Shown: positions 37,737 through 47,313 of the stretch, in pieces
How the letters are laid out: every line of letters begins with the position of its first letter
Numbering within the stretch: position 1 is the first letter of the stretch
NCBI GenBank assembly: GCA_039591615.1
Contig: JBDHDH010000013.1
Span: 39-64,038, forward strand
Reading direction: 5' to 3'
DNA length: 64,000 nucleotides
From: Gemmatimonadota bacterium
Lineage (GTDB): Bacteria > Gemmatimonadota > Gemmatimonadetes > Gemmatimonadales > GWC2-71-9
Position numbers and translations under genes: made by a program
Notes under the pieces: model-generated
The model's input: the letters and a program-made list of their open reading frames with translations, nothing else
What the model was told of the DNA's origin: nothing
The model's database searches: none

Positions 37737-38042
37737 CTAGCCGGCTCCGCTTCCCATCATCGCATCAGCTGCCAGCAACCCGCGACCGTGAAGATAGATG
37801 GCTCCGAGCTCACTGGCCGAATCGTCGGGAAAGCCGTTGTCTCGGAGAAAACCCAACAGCGCCTCTCTGCTGAGGAGTGCCTGGTGGCTATGGCATGACC
37901 TCACAAATTGATAAAAGGCGAGCCAATCCTGGCGGCGGAGCGCCGACGGTGTGGCCTGTGTAATGAACGCCCGCAGATGTCTCCAGGCGTTGGGCGGAAG
38001 GTAGTCGATCACGTCCGATTCGCCGTAGTTCATCGTTCCCAC
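37737..38042 (-). CDS. hypothetical protein (101 aa)
   Basis: ORF only, no recognised family. The start is GTG at 38042 or ATG at 38033. Confidence 0.35.
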   Translation of the reverse strand: MGTMNYGESDVIDYLPPNAWRHLRAFITQATPSALRRQDWLAFYQFVRSCHSHQALLSREALLGFLRDNGFPDDSASELGAIYLHGRGLLAADAMMGSGAG

Positions 38043-38624
38043 GACTCAGTATGTCACCACTCGCTGTCCGGCCGTGCGCACCGTGCCAACGGGAGGGGCC
38101 ATCGGCGGCACCTCCGATTGTACGTGACGCCCGCTTGCCTGTTCCGTGAGGTTCATCACGAAGCAGACGGTCGCGGGGACTATTCTCGTCGCACACAAGA
38201 GCGCATGTGATTCACAGCACGGCTCTCCAGTGAGCAGCTTGCTACTCTCGCGAGAATGAACAGCGCGACGAGCCGATGCTCTTCCGCGGAGTTGCTTGGC
38301 CCGAACCGAGCCTTCGAGCGGGAACCGCAACTGAGACATCCACGACTGGAAGCTCAGAATGACCGTCGAGAATCCGTTCGCGTGCTCGATAGCCGACGCG
38401 GTCTTGCCCGTCAGGCTCTGCGGTGCAGGCGTAACAAAGCGGAGCGGTCGACGCAAACTCCGATATCAGTTCGACCTCGCGCGCAGCGGCCCCTCGGCCC
38501 GCGTCGACTTCCCAAGGCCACCGATGGCGCCATAGCTTCACGTGCATCCATCGGCTGGCCCGCACGTGCGCTGGTGTAACTGGTGGCGGCCGCTGGCGGA
38601 TATCTCAAACACCCTCGACTGGCC

Positions 38625-39092
38625 ATGTCGACACAGAGCGCCGGACTCCTGATGTTTCGCAGATCGCGACAGCGGTTAGAGATGTTGCTGGTTCATCCGG
38701 GTGGCCCTTTTTGGCGGAACAAAGACACCGGCGCCTGGACGATTCCAAAAGGGGAGTTTCGCGAGGGCGAAGACCCACTGGCCGCCGCTCGCCGTGAGTT
38801 CGAGGAGGAAACCGCGATTGAACCGACTGGGCCGTTCCTGGAGCTGACGCCGGTCACACAACGTGGAGGCAAGACCGTATACGCGTGGGCATTCGAAGGC
38901 GATTGCGACACCACGGCGGTCAGCAGCAATACCGTCGAGATGGAGTGGCCCCCCCGATCGGGGAAGACTCGAGAATTCCCCGAAGTAGACCGTGCAGAGT
39001 TCTTTTCTCTCGACCGAGCTCGGAAGAAGATCAACCCGGCCCAGCTATCGTTCCTCGAAGAGCTGGACCGGCGCCTTGCCGGGGGTTTCTAG
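38625..39092 (+). CDS. NUDIX hydrolase
   Basis: Start at ATG 38625 (MSTQSAGLLMFRR). The Nudix box is GEFREGEDPLAAARREFEEETAI. Confidence 0.85.
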   Translation: MSTQSAGLLMFRRSRQRLEMLLVHPGGPFWRNKDTGAWTIPKGEFREGEDPLAAARREFEEETAIEPTGPFLELTPVTQRGGKTVYAWAFEGDCDTTAVSSNTVEMEWPPRSGKTREFPEVDRAEFFSLDRARKKINPAQLSFLEELDRRLAGGF

Positions 39093-39286
39093 TCGACCAC
39101 CGAAGATGCTGCGACACCATCGATCCTCGGGGGGCGCTGGATGATACATCTTTGCGACAAATCGTGGGAGATCTTCACTGACTCTAGCGTCTCATGACGT
39201 TGCTTCAGGTGCCCCAACTCCCCCATTCCGGCAAAGCTAGCTCTCGCGACGGAGAGGTATGGTGTTTGCTGGGTTAGGCGGTCGAG

Positions 39287-39682
39287 ATGCCTCCAGCCGG
39301 CCAGCTCGCCGCCGAACCAGAAGTCGAGGTCACCATGGGCCGACGTAAGCGTGACAACCACAAGACGAAGGCGCAGCTCGTCAAGGAGCTGACCCAGCTG
39401 CGCGAACGCGTTGCCGAGCTCGAAGCTCAGGCCTCCAACCAAGAGAGCAACGGCAACACGAGCGGGAGCGTCGAAGCTCCGGTGCCTCCAACGGAGATGC
39501 AGCCACTTCATCGGATCGCGGAGCAGGTAGAGCAAACGCTCCGCCCCATCCTTCCCGAAGAGGTAGACATCCGCCTGTGCACCGAGGAACGATTGGGTTT
39601 GGTCCACGCCGATCCCGGTGTTTCCGAGCAACTCGTCGTGCACCTGTTTCTGACCCGCTCCAAGCCAAGACACCGGCCGTAA
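39287..39682 (+). pseudogene. probable remnant of a sensor histidine kinase (coiled-coil linker plus start of the HATPase_c N-box region; no H-box, no G-boxes)
   Basis: KAQLVKELTQLRERVAELEAQ, then ...LRPILPEEVDIRLCTEERLGLVHADPGVSEQLVVHLFLT, which mimics ...l.vxaDpgqleQvlxNLxxNA. The ORF then stops. Confidence 0.35.
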
Positions 39683-39892
39683 CAGATCGCGACGTTAGCG
39701 CGCTCAAATCTCCCTAACAGCACACGCAATCCCCGCACGTCCGATCACCACGGCGTATCATCCCCGGTCCGCCCGAAAGAGCCTGCAGCTCAAATCTCGG
39801 GGTTCCTATTGTCTCAGAGCGCCGATGTGAATACAATGGCAGGAGTTGCTATCGAGACTGCGCAAACCACGATCCTCAAGGAGATGTAATCG

Positions 39893-40231
39893 ATGTCTCA
39901 TCCACAATTCTGCCTCTTCCGTCGAAAGCGGGACGGCCAATTCTGTTTTCATCTCACTGCGAAGAACGGACAGGTCGTCCTTCAAAGCGAGGCCTACCGA
40001 TCGAGGGCCGCCGCCCAGAACGGCATCAAGTCCGTGAAGGCAAACGCCCGTTCCGCAAAGCGTTTCGAGCGACGCACGGCGCGAAACGGCAAGAAATACT
40101 TCGTTCTCACCTCACCAAACGGACAGATCGTCGGTCAGAGCCAGATGTACGCATCCGCCTCCAGTCGCGCCAACGGGATGCGGTCGGTCATCGCGAACGC
40201 TGGGCGCGCACGGGTAGCTGACGAGACGTAG
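39893..40231 (+). CDS. YegP-family (DUF1508) protein, two tandem repeats
   Basis: FHLTAKNGQVVLQSEAYRSRAAAQNGIKSV and FVLTSPNGQIVGQSQMYASASSRANGMRSV are the classic duplicated DUF1508 motif. Confidence 0.85.
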   Translation: MSHPQFCLFRRKRDGQFCFHLTAKNGQVVLQSEAYRSRAAAQNGIKSVKANARSAKRFERRTARNGKKYFVLTSPNGQIVGQSQMYASASSRANGMRSVIANAGRARVADET

Positions 40232-40258
40232 TTTCACCCAATCCCCCAACTCGTAATG

Positions 40259-40290
40259 CCCCGCTTCGGAGCACGCCTCCGAATGCGGGG
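40259..40290 (+). terminator. stem-loop downstream of the YegP gene (candidate intrinsic terminator)
   Basis: CCCCGC-TTCGGAG-cacgc-CTCCGAA-t-GCGGGG (13 bp, one bulge) followed by TTCCCGTGT. Its presence argues for the later start (40319) of the next gene. Confidence 0.45.
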
Positions 40291-40318
40291 TTCCCGTGTC
40301 ACATCCGGAGCGGACAAC

Positions 40319-41365
40319 ATGCGGATGATCTCTGTCCTCAGCATCGCAAGCATCCTGGCTGGCCCCGGCACGGCACAGGAACCAGCCAGCTGGGGAAGCG
40401 CCCTCGAGTTCTCGACCTTCTCGATTGCCGCGGTCGATCCGAGCACCGGTGAGGCCGGGGTCGCCGTCACGACGAGGGTGGCTTGTGTGGGAAACGGCGT
40501 GCCCTGGGTTCGGGCAGGGGTGGGTGCCGTCGCCACGCAGGCCTTCACCCGCACCGCCTACGGTACCGAACTGCTAGACATGCTGGCGGACGGTCGCTCG
40601 GCGGAGGAAGCCCTTCGCACCGCCGCAAGTCGGGACACCCTCGCTGCACGGCGTCAGGTTGGCGTTATCGGCCTGGAAGGCGGAAGTGCGCAGCATACCG
40701 GCGGGGAAACAAACCCATGGGCCGGACACCGTGCCGGTCCCGACTACGTGACGCAGGGGAATCTGTTAGTGGGCCCAGAGGTGCTGGAGTCTGTGGCACG
40801 GAGTTTCGAGGCTACGACACCATCCGGCCGGCACCTCGCCGATCGTCTCATCGAAGCACTCGCCGCGGGGCAACAGGCGGGGGGTGACGCGCGCAAGGGC
40901 CGAATGCAATCGGCCGCCGTGCTCGTCGCGGATCCCCGTCCTGGCCGATCGCGTCGTGCCGATGGCATCACCGTCCATATCAATGTATGCGAGCACCCGA
41001 CTCCGGTGGCAGAGCTCAGACGCATCTACGACACTATATCGCAAACCCTCGGATACCGTGAGCTTCAACAGTTCCGTGGTCGAGACATCTGGCAGCTCAA
41101 GGTGATACTCAACACATTGGGGTACTTCCGCCCCGACGCCGACAGCTTGGAGCGTGACGCGGACGCCTTCCTCTATACGCAGGAGGCAGTCCGCGCCCTT
41201 GACGCGTTCCGCGAGGCCGAAGGACTCGCTACGGCGGTCATGGGAACCCCGCCCGGCTACGTGGACCCTACGACCGTTGAGCGCCTCTGGCTGGTGCTCG
41301 AGCTGACGGGAAAGGCTGCCGACGTTCGTGCCACGCTGAAGGAACTCACCGCCGTCCGACGCTGA
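40319..41365 (+). CDS. DUF1028 (Ntn-hydrolase-like) protein with C-terminal peptidoglycan-binding-like domain
   Basis: Signal peptide MRMISVLSIASILAGPGTAQ, then TFSIAAVDPSTGEAGVAVTTR...GVGAVATQA. The C-terminal LNTLGYFRPDAD...AVRALDAFREAEGL is PG_binding_1-like. Confidence 0.7.
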   Translation: MRMISVLSIASILAGPGTAQEPASWGSALEFSTFSIAAVDPSTGEAGVAVTTRVACVGNGVPWVRAGVGAVATQAFTRTAYGTELLDMLADGRSAEEALRTAASRDTLAARRQVGVIGLEGGSAQHTGGETNPWAGHRAGPDYVTQGNLLVGPEVLESVARSFEATTPSGRHLADRLIEALAAGQQAGGDARKGRMQSAAVLVADPRPGRSRRADGITVHINVCEHPTPVAELRRIYDTISQTLGYRELQQFRGRDIWQLKVILNTLGYFRPDADSLERDADAFLYTQEAVRALDAFREAEGLATAVMGTPPGYVDPTTVERLWLVLELTGKAADVRATLKELTAVRR

Positions 41366-41447
41366 CGAGGCTGGTTTCTGGGAGCGCCGCCCCCCTCCGC
41401 TCCGTCTCGTTGGCCTCCCGCGCCACCGGCTGCAATCCCCTTTCGAC

Positions 41448-42140
41448 TCAGTCGATGAGGAAGCTCACGATGACAGGCTCCGGCAGCGCGGCGGCATCTA
41501 GAATGAGCTCGAATCGCCGGCCCTTGATGCCGGAGGCGGGAGAGGGGAAGTAGATGAAATCGACGAGGTAGCCAAAAGTCGGCAACGTGACTTCGTCGAG
41601 CACCACGCGGCGCGTGAAGGGTCCAGCTGCTCTCACCTCACGGGTCGGGCTGAACTTGCTCGGGTACGGATCGTGGGCCGCGAACGTCGATGCGACGACA
41701 CTGGGGAGTTCGGTCAAGGCCGAACGATCCATATCGAGGAAATCGTAGCCCTCGAGGAGCTCTCGTGGCGACGCCGGTTTGTAGCGACCGCCTTCGATAT
41801 CCACGAGAGTGAACGACTCACGAGTCAGCCGCAGAGCCTCGCCTGCGGTGTTCGCCACCGCGATCTCTATCGGAACGAAGCCCTCACCTTCGCGGAAGCG
41901 CGCCGCCTGCGTCCCGACGATCACCGTGGCACCCACCCCTTCGGCCACATAGGAAAACCGCGAGAGTCTGCGGTCGACCCACGCGCCGTCGCTGGCACCG
42001 CCGGTCCCATAACCCCCGCACCCGGACACGGCACTCACGGCGAAGACAATGCACGCCCCGCACAGATAACGACGGGCTCGTACTCCGCCCGGCGTTATGC
42101 CGGTTCCGCTACCGCCCAGGGCGCGTGACCGTGTATTCAT
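41448..42140 (-). CDS. hypothetical lipoprotein
   Basis: Start at the internal ATG (MNTRSRAL...). Lipobox AVSAVSGC. No recognised domain. Confidence 0.5.
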   Translation of the reverse strand: MNTRSRALGGSGTGITPGGVRARRYLCGACIVFAVSAVSGCGGYGTGGASDGAWVDRRLSRFSYVAEGVGATVIVGTQAARFREGEGFVPIEIAVANTAGEALRLTRESFTLVDIEGGRYKPASPRELLEGYDFLDMDRSALTELPSVVASTFAAHDPYPSKFSPTREVRAAGPFTRRVVLDEVTLPTFGYLVDFIYFPSPASGIKGRRFELILDAAALPEPVIVSFLID

Positions 42141-42966
42141 GCACTTGCCACTTCGTAAGAGGATCGAGCCCAGTGTCTCGGTGAATCCTCGCTGCGTCAA
42201 CCGCAGTGAGTGTCGCCCCACCCCACGTGCGAGGATCGCCAAACGCATAGCACGGACCGCCGCGCCGCTCCTCGGCAACGTACTGCTCGAACAGTTGCCG
42301 AAGATCCGTCCGCGACAGATCGAACGGAACCCACTCGCTGCTCGCGAGGACCCCGTCGTAGCGAAGGCCGGACCCCAAGCTCGCGAGGCTTCGAACACGC
42401 GCCTCACCATACTGAACCGAGATCTGGAGTAGGAGTTTCCCTCCGGGCTTCAGAAATGCCTTGGCTTCTGTGGCGACACGACGTCGATAAGTGAATCCGT
42501 CGTCGCCCGAGCTGCCCGGAGGGTTCGCCACGACGAAACTCAGATGACCCCGCAAGGAACGCAAGACTCGGCCTTCCGCTGCATCCAACGGTCGAAACGA
42601 ATCGGCCTGGATGACGTGAACGCGGCCGGTCGCATCGTTGAGCGCGACATTCTCTCTCGTGGCCGACACGTTGTCCACCGACACGTCCAGCGCGATTATC
42701 CGCTCGACAGCGACGTTCTTCGCCAGCAAAACCGCGATGCAGCCGGTGCCACACCCCCAGTCCACGCCGACCCCATGGAAGAGCTCGGGATGCCGACTGA
42801 CGGCGCGAAGCGTGATGGCACTCGCTTGCGTGATTGGGGTGCTGCCGGCAAAGTGCCGGATCCGAACGGGCGCAAAGGAACCAATGAGGTCCTCACGCAA
42901 GATCGCCTCAACAAACCGGGGGTCGGAAACGCTGAGTCCCTCCTGTTGCTCGAGGTTTCCACTCAT
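42109..42966 (-). CDS. class I SAM-dependent methyltransferase (HemK/PrmC-like fold, NPPG motif)
   Basis: Motif I VDWGCGTGCIAVLLA. Motif IV FVVANPPGSS. Confidence 0.7.
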   Translation of the reverse strand: MSGNLEQQEGLSVSDPRFVEAILREDLIGSFAPVRIRHFAGSTPITQASAITLRAVSRHPELFHGVGVDWGCGTGCIAVLLAKNVAVERIIALDVSVDNVSATRENVALNDATGRVHVIQADSFRPLDAAEGRVLRSLRGHLSFVVANPPGSSGDDGFTYRRRVATEAKAFLKPGGKLLLQISVQYGEARVRSLASLGSGLRYDGVLASSEWVPFDLSRTDLRQLFEQYVAEERRGGPCYAFGDPRTWGGATLTAVDAARIHRDTGLDPLTKWQVHEYTVTRPGR

Positions 42967-44543
42967 GGCACGAGCCGGAGATCCGCACTGGCCACAGCCG
43001 CGAGGATCTGCATCCCCCGGAAGATATTCGCCACGCGGACATTCTCGTTGGCCGCGTGCTGGTTGTTGTCGTGATTCACCGTCGGGACGACGACGAACGG
43101 GGCGTGGAGAATGTCGGTATACACGTATGCTGGTCCGCTTCCGCCCATGGTTGGACTGATGACCGGTCTACCGAGACCGGTGCGACCGAGTGCGGCGATG
43201 ACTCCCTGCGCTGCGGGCTGAGACAGAGCAGTGCGACCGGCGGGATACCCGCGCTCGGCAGTCACCTTGACCAACCGCGGAGTGTTCACTCTCGTCGTTG
43301 AGTCGGGGTCCTCGTCGACCACCGTGTATCCCTGGCGTTCGATGTGGCGGATGAGCTTCTGTACCTGACGCTGGGGATCGTTTCCTGCAACGAGTCGCAG
43401 GTCCAACTCGGCGATGGCGACGTCCGGAATGATGGTGCGTGCCTGTTCTCCGACGAACATGCTCTGAAGCCCTCGGACATTGAGAGAGGGAAGAGCGATG
43501 AGCTCCTGGCGAGTCGCTCCACTGCCATCGAGCGAGCCGAGTTGCAGCTGCAGCCGCCGGCTTCGGTCATCGTGGGGATACGCGTTCCAGGCTTCCCGCT
43601 CCGCCGACCCGAGGGGGATCATGTCGTCCTCCCAGCCAGCGACGAGGATCTGACCGTCGGGGGCCTTCATGGTCGTGAGGAGTTGTGCCAAGCGCATGGC
43701 GGGGTTCGGCGCCCAATTGCCGTAATGCCCCGAATGAAGCGGCATGGCCGGCCCGTACATGGTGAGCGTGGCGCCGACCATCCCGCGTAGCCCGAAGTCC
43801 GCGGTTGGCCTTCCCGACGGGTGTATCGGCCCGTCCGCCATCACCACCAGGTCGGCCGTGAGGAGCTCGCGGTGCTCCCGAACGATTGCCGCCAAATAAT
43901 TGGATCCTGCCTCCTCTTCTCCTTCGAAGAGAAACTTGAGTCGATTGCGAAACGGAACATCCGCCGCGCGCCAGGCGTCGAGCATCCGCATGAGCGCGAC
44001 GATGGGCGCTTTGTCGTCGCTGGCCGAGCGCGCATAGATCCGCCATTCGGGATTCACTCTGCTTCCGGGTTCAGGCCAGTTATCGATCGGTTCGCCGCCG
44101 CCCTCGATCGCGCCGGTTCGCAGGATCGGCGTCCATGGGGATTCCTGCGACCACTTCTCGGGGTTAGCGGGCTGACCATCGTAGTGACAGTAGAACAGAA
44201 TCACCGGACGGTCCGGATCGCCGATCTCTCCGTATACGACCGGGGGGCCGCCGGTCTCCAACATCCGTGCGGAAACCCCTCTGGCTTGCAACATCGCCAC
44301 CAAGGTCTCGGCGTTCCGCCGAGTATTCAGACTGTCCGAGGCCACGTTCGGAATCGTCAGGAGATCTCGGAGCTCGAGAACGATCTCCCCTTGGTGGGTC
44401 TCGATGTACTCCCTCACGACCTCCACCGGATCCTGGCTCTTGACGGGCAGGGCCACGGCTGGCCCGAGGAACCCACACACCAGGAGGCTGGCGACCGTGC
44501 TCCGGCGCACTGAAGAGCGAGTTCCTTTCGATCGAGATGTCAT
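42963..44543 (-). CDS. secreted M20-family metallopeptidase (dipeptidase-like)
   Basis: Start at ATG 44543 (MTSRSKGTRSS..LLVCGFLGPAVA). Motifs ILFYCHYDGQPA, ARSASDDKAPI and FLFEGEEEAGS. Confidence 0.8.
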   Translation of the reverse strand: MTSRSKGTRSSVRRSTVASLLVCGFLGPAVALPVKSQDPVEVVREYIETHQGEIVLELRDLLTIPNVASDSLNTRRNAETLVAMLQARGVSARMLETGGPPVVYGEIGDPDRPVILFYCHYDGQPANPEKWSQESPWTPILRTGAIEGGGEPIDNWPEPGSRVNPEWRIYARSASDDKAPIVALMRMLDAWRAADVPFRNRLKFLFEGEEEAGSNYLAAIVREHRELLTADLVVMADGPIHPSGRPTADFGLRGMVGATLTMYGPAMPLHSGHYGNWAPNPAMRLAQLLTTMKAPDGQILVAGWEDDMIPLGSAEREAWNAYPHDDRSRRLQLQLGSLDGSGATRQELIALPSLNVRGLQSMFVGEQARTIIPDVAIAELDLRLVAGNDPQRQVQKLIRHIERQGYTVVDEDPDSTTRVNTPRLVKVTAERGYPAGRTALSQPAAQGVIAALGRTGLGRPVISPTMGGSGPAYVYTDILHAPFVVVPTVNHDNNQHAANENVRVANIFRGMQILAAVASADLRLVP

Positions 44544-44832
44544 AGCACGTTTCCCGCGGGGGCGAGATCGAAGACCCGATAGTCCCGGCCAGGTTCGAGA
44601 TAGGAGAACGATTCGTACGTCGCTCCGCGCTTGGTACGGCTCATCGTCGGCTCCCGGATGCGCTGAACCGTCAACAATAGTACACGCCATCGGCGTTGCC
44701 CGTGAGGTGGGCTCACCGATCTCCCCCCTAGCTCTCCTGCCTACCCATTTGTTTCCAAACGCAACGCTTCGAAACAGCTGTGCATCCAATCCGTAGGAGA
44801 GACCAGGGCGCGTCAGCGCCCCGGAGTCAGCT

Positions 44833-47184
44833 ATGCGCCCGACTCATTGGATCCTTCGTCAATCCAAGGCGAGAGTCGCCGTTCTCGGCTTCGTATTCCT
44901 CGCCGCGGCAGGTCCAGTCGCCATCGGTCTCGAAGCACTGACCCGGGCCCATCTGGACGACGTAGTGCTCCAGCCGCCACCTCGATTTTACACCCGCCCA
45001 ACGGTGCTCTACCCAGGGATGGCGGTGGACCGTCAGCGGCTCGCGGGTCAGCTCGATCGGCTAGGATATCAGAGATCTCGTAGATCGCGCGTGCTGATCG
45101 GCGAGTACTACGCTGGCACTCGCACCTGGGTCATTGGCCGCCGCACATTCCGATACGCCAACCGGCTCGACGCAGAGGCCGTATCTACCGTGCACGTCGG
45201 ATATGACGGGCGCATCCGGTCTGTTAACGATGAACGCGGCCGACGCCTCCGCTCTCTTGCGCTCGAGCCCGAGCTCCTTCCAGGCGCGCACGGAGGTACG
45301 CTGATCGATCGCACGCCCGTGACGCTAGAGGATGTGCCCCGGCAGCTGGTCGACGCCGTTTTGTCGGTCGAGGATCAACGGTTCTTCGATCACGGAGGGC
45401 TGGATCCCCGGCGGATCGTCGGAGCGCTGGTCGCAAACGTCCGTGCCCGTCGCGTCGTGCAGGGCGCCAGCACCCTCACGCAGCAGTTGGCCAAGAACCT
45501 GTTCCTCTCGCCGCGACGCACACCTCTCCGAAAACTCCGTGAGGTCGCCATGGCCCTCACGCTGGAGCGCCGCCATTCCAAGGAGGAGATCCTCCAGACA
45601 TACCTGAACCACGTGTACCTGGGCCAGGACGGCGCCCGGGCAATTCACGGTGTGGGCCGTGCAGCACAGTTCTACTTCGGCAAGGACGTGACTCGTCTGG
45701 AGCTCCACGAGGCTGCTCTCCTCGCCGGAATCATCAAGGGCCCGAGCTTCTACTCACTTGTCCGCCACCCAGATCGCGCCGCCGAACGGCGAAACCTCGT
45801 GCTCAAGGCGATGCGAGACCTGAACGTGATCGACGACGCCATGCGTACCCGCGCCGGTGCCGCGCCGGTTCGCTTGGCCAAACGTCCGCGCCGAGTTCAA
45901 CACGGCCGTCACTTCGTCGAGTACGTGGCGCAAGAGCTCCGGGAGCGGCATGGGCGCGGCGAGCTCGAGAAGGGGGTCACGGTTCTCACAACGCTCGACA
46001 TGGACCTGCAGATCTTCGCTGAGGAAGCGATGACACGCGGGCTCGCGCGCCTCGAGCGGGACTACCCTCGTTTCAGAGGAGACGACGCACGCCTCGAGGG
46101 AGCATTGATTGCACTCGATCCACGAAGCGGCGAGATCCTCGCTATGGTGGGTGGTCGAGACTACGGCGTCTCCCAGTTCAACCGTGCCGTCAACGCACGC
46201 AGGCAACCAGGAAGCGCCTTCAAGCCGGTGGTGGCGCTGACGGCCCTCACGCAGCAACGTGGCTACACGCTGGCAACGGCGCTCAGGGACGAGCCATTCA
46301 CGGTCGAGACCGCCGCAGGCATATGGCGGCCCGTCAACTACGACGGGAGATTTCGTGGGAGCGTGTCGCTCCGTGAGGCGCTGGAGCGGTCCCTGAATGT
46401 GCCCTTCGCCCGACTGGGGATGGACGTCGGACCGGAGCACATCGTCGAGAGCGCCAGGAAGCTCGGCATCGAGGGTCCGCTCAACCCGGTACCCAGCCTT
46501 GCCCTCGGTGCGTCCGAGGTGTCGCCCCTCGAATTGACCAGGGCGTTCGGGGTGCTGGCTGCTGAGGGATTCCGGGCTGACCTGCACACGACGCTCCAGG
46601 TCCTCGACGCTAGCGGCGAGGAGCTGAGTCGCTTCGAGTTCACCGGCGAGCGAGTCTACGATGCCGCCGAGACGTATCTGGTGACATCGGCCCTCCAGGG
46701 CGCCGTCGAGCGCGGGACCGGTCGCGGCTTGCGCGGCCTAGGGTACGGTGGGCCGGTGGCGGCGAAGTCGGGCACGACCAACGACTTTCGCGATGCCTGG
46801 TTCATTGCCTATACGCCTTCGATGGCTGTCGGGGTCTGGGTGGGATTCGACGACGGCCGCAGCCTCCAACTCCCCGGCTCGCGCGCCGCACTGCCGATCG
46901 TCGCCCGCTTCCTCAAGGCAGCACTCGGGCCGTACGGCAACCTCGACTTCACGATCCCCGCCGGAATCGACGTCGTGGAGGTAAACCGGGACACGGGCCT
47001 CCGGGCCGGACCGGGCTGCCGGGGCGACCCAGAGGTTTTCCTCCGAGGAACGGCACCCCAGGAGAGCTGTTCGCCGTACTGGGCGTCCGATTGGCGCGAC
47101 CGGCGGCGCCCTACCCGCCTCCCAAGGGAGCTCCGCGACCTGGTGGCCGATCTGCTCCGCCGATTGATGCGGGGCCGGAATTAG
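44833..47184 (+). CDS. bifunctional class A penicillin-binding protein (GT51 glycosyltransferase + transpeptidase)
   Basis: GT51 motifs VEDQRFFDHGG and GASTLTQQLAKN. Transpeptidase motifs GSAFKP (SxxK), SLN and KSGTT. Confidence 0.9.
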   Translation: MRPTHWILRQSKARVAVLGFVFLAAAGPVAIGLEALTRAHLDDVVLQPPPRFYTRPTVLYPGMAVDRQRLAGQLDRLGYQRSRRSRVLIGEYYAGTRTWVIGRRTFRYANRLDAEAVSTVHVGYDGRIRSVNDERGRRLRSLALEPELLPGAHGGTLIDRTPVTLEDVPRQLVDAVLSVEDQRFFDHGGLDPRRIVGALVANVRARRVVQGASTLTQQLAKNLFLSPRRTPLRKLREVAMALTLERRHSKEEILQTYLNHVYLGQDGARAIHGVGRAAQFYFGKDVTRLELHEAALLAGIIKGPSFYSLVRHPDRAAERRNLVLKAMRDLNVIDDAMRTRAGAAPVRLAKRPRRVQHGRHFVEYVAQELRERHGRGELEKGVTVLTTLDMDLQIFAEEAMTRGLARLERDYPRFRGDDARLEGALIALDPRSGEILAMVGGRDYGVSQFNRAVNARRQPGSAFKPVVALTALTQQRGYTLATALRDEPFTVETAAGIWRPVNYDGRFRGSVSLREALERSLNVPFARLGMDVGPEHIVESARKLGIEGPLNPVPSLALGASEVSPLELTRAFGVLAAEGFRADLHTTLQVLDASGEELSRFEFTGERVYDAAETYLVTSALQGAVERGTGRGLRGLGYGGPVAAKSGTTNDFRDAWFIAYTPSMAVGVWVGFDDGRSLQLPGSRAALPIVARFLKAALGPYGNLDFTIPAGIDVVEVNRDTGLRAGPGCRGDPEVFLRGTAPQESCSPYWASDWRDRRRPTRLPRELRDLVADLLRRLMRGRN

Positions 47185-47313
47185 GCCGGGGCGGGGCACC
47201 CCTGCTGCCCTCCGGCTCCCGGTTACCTGCCGCGTCGTCCCTGCCATCCGAATCACCCTCCATATGTGACTCATCACCCATTCTGCCGTGCCCCGTCCCT
47301 CTATCTTGCCCCC

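Noticed and set aside
38524-38533. 10-bp perfect palindrome ATGGCGCCAT, and similar short GC palindromes (for example GGCGCGTCAGCGCC near 44806).
   Set aside because: Dozens of 10-bp palindromes are expected by chance in 64 kb of GC-rich DNA. There is no positional argument for function.
39702-39798. 11-nt direct repeat GCTCAAATCTC at 39702 and 39788.
   Set aside because: About one such nearby 11-mer coincidence is expected by chance in a 64-kb window. No further structure surrounds it.
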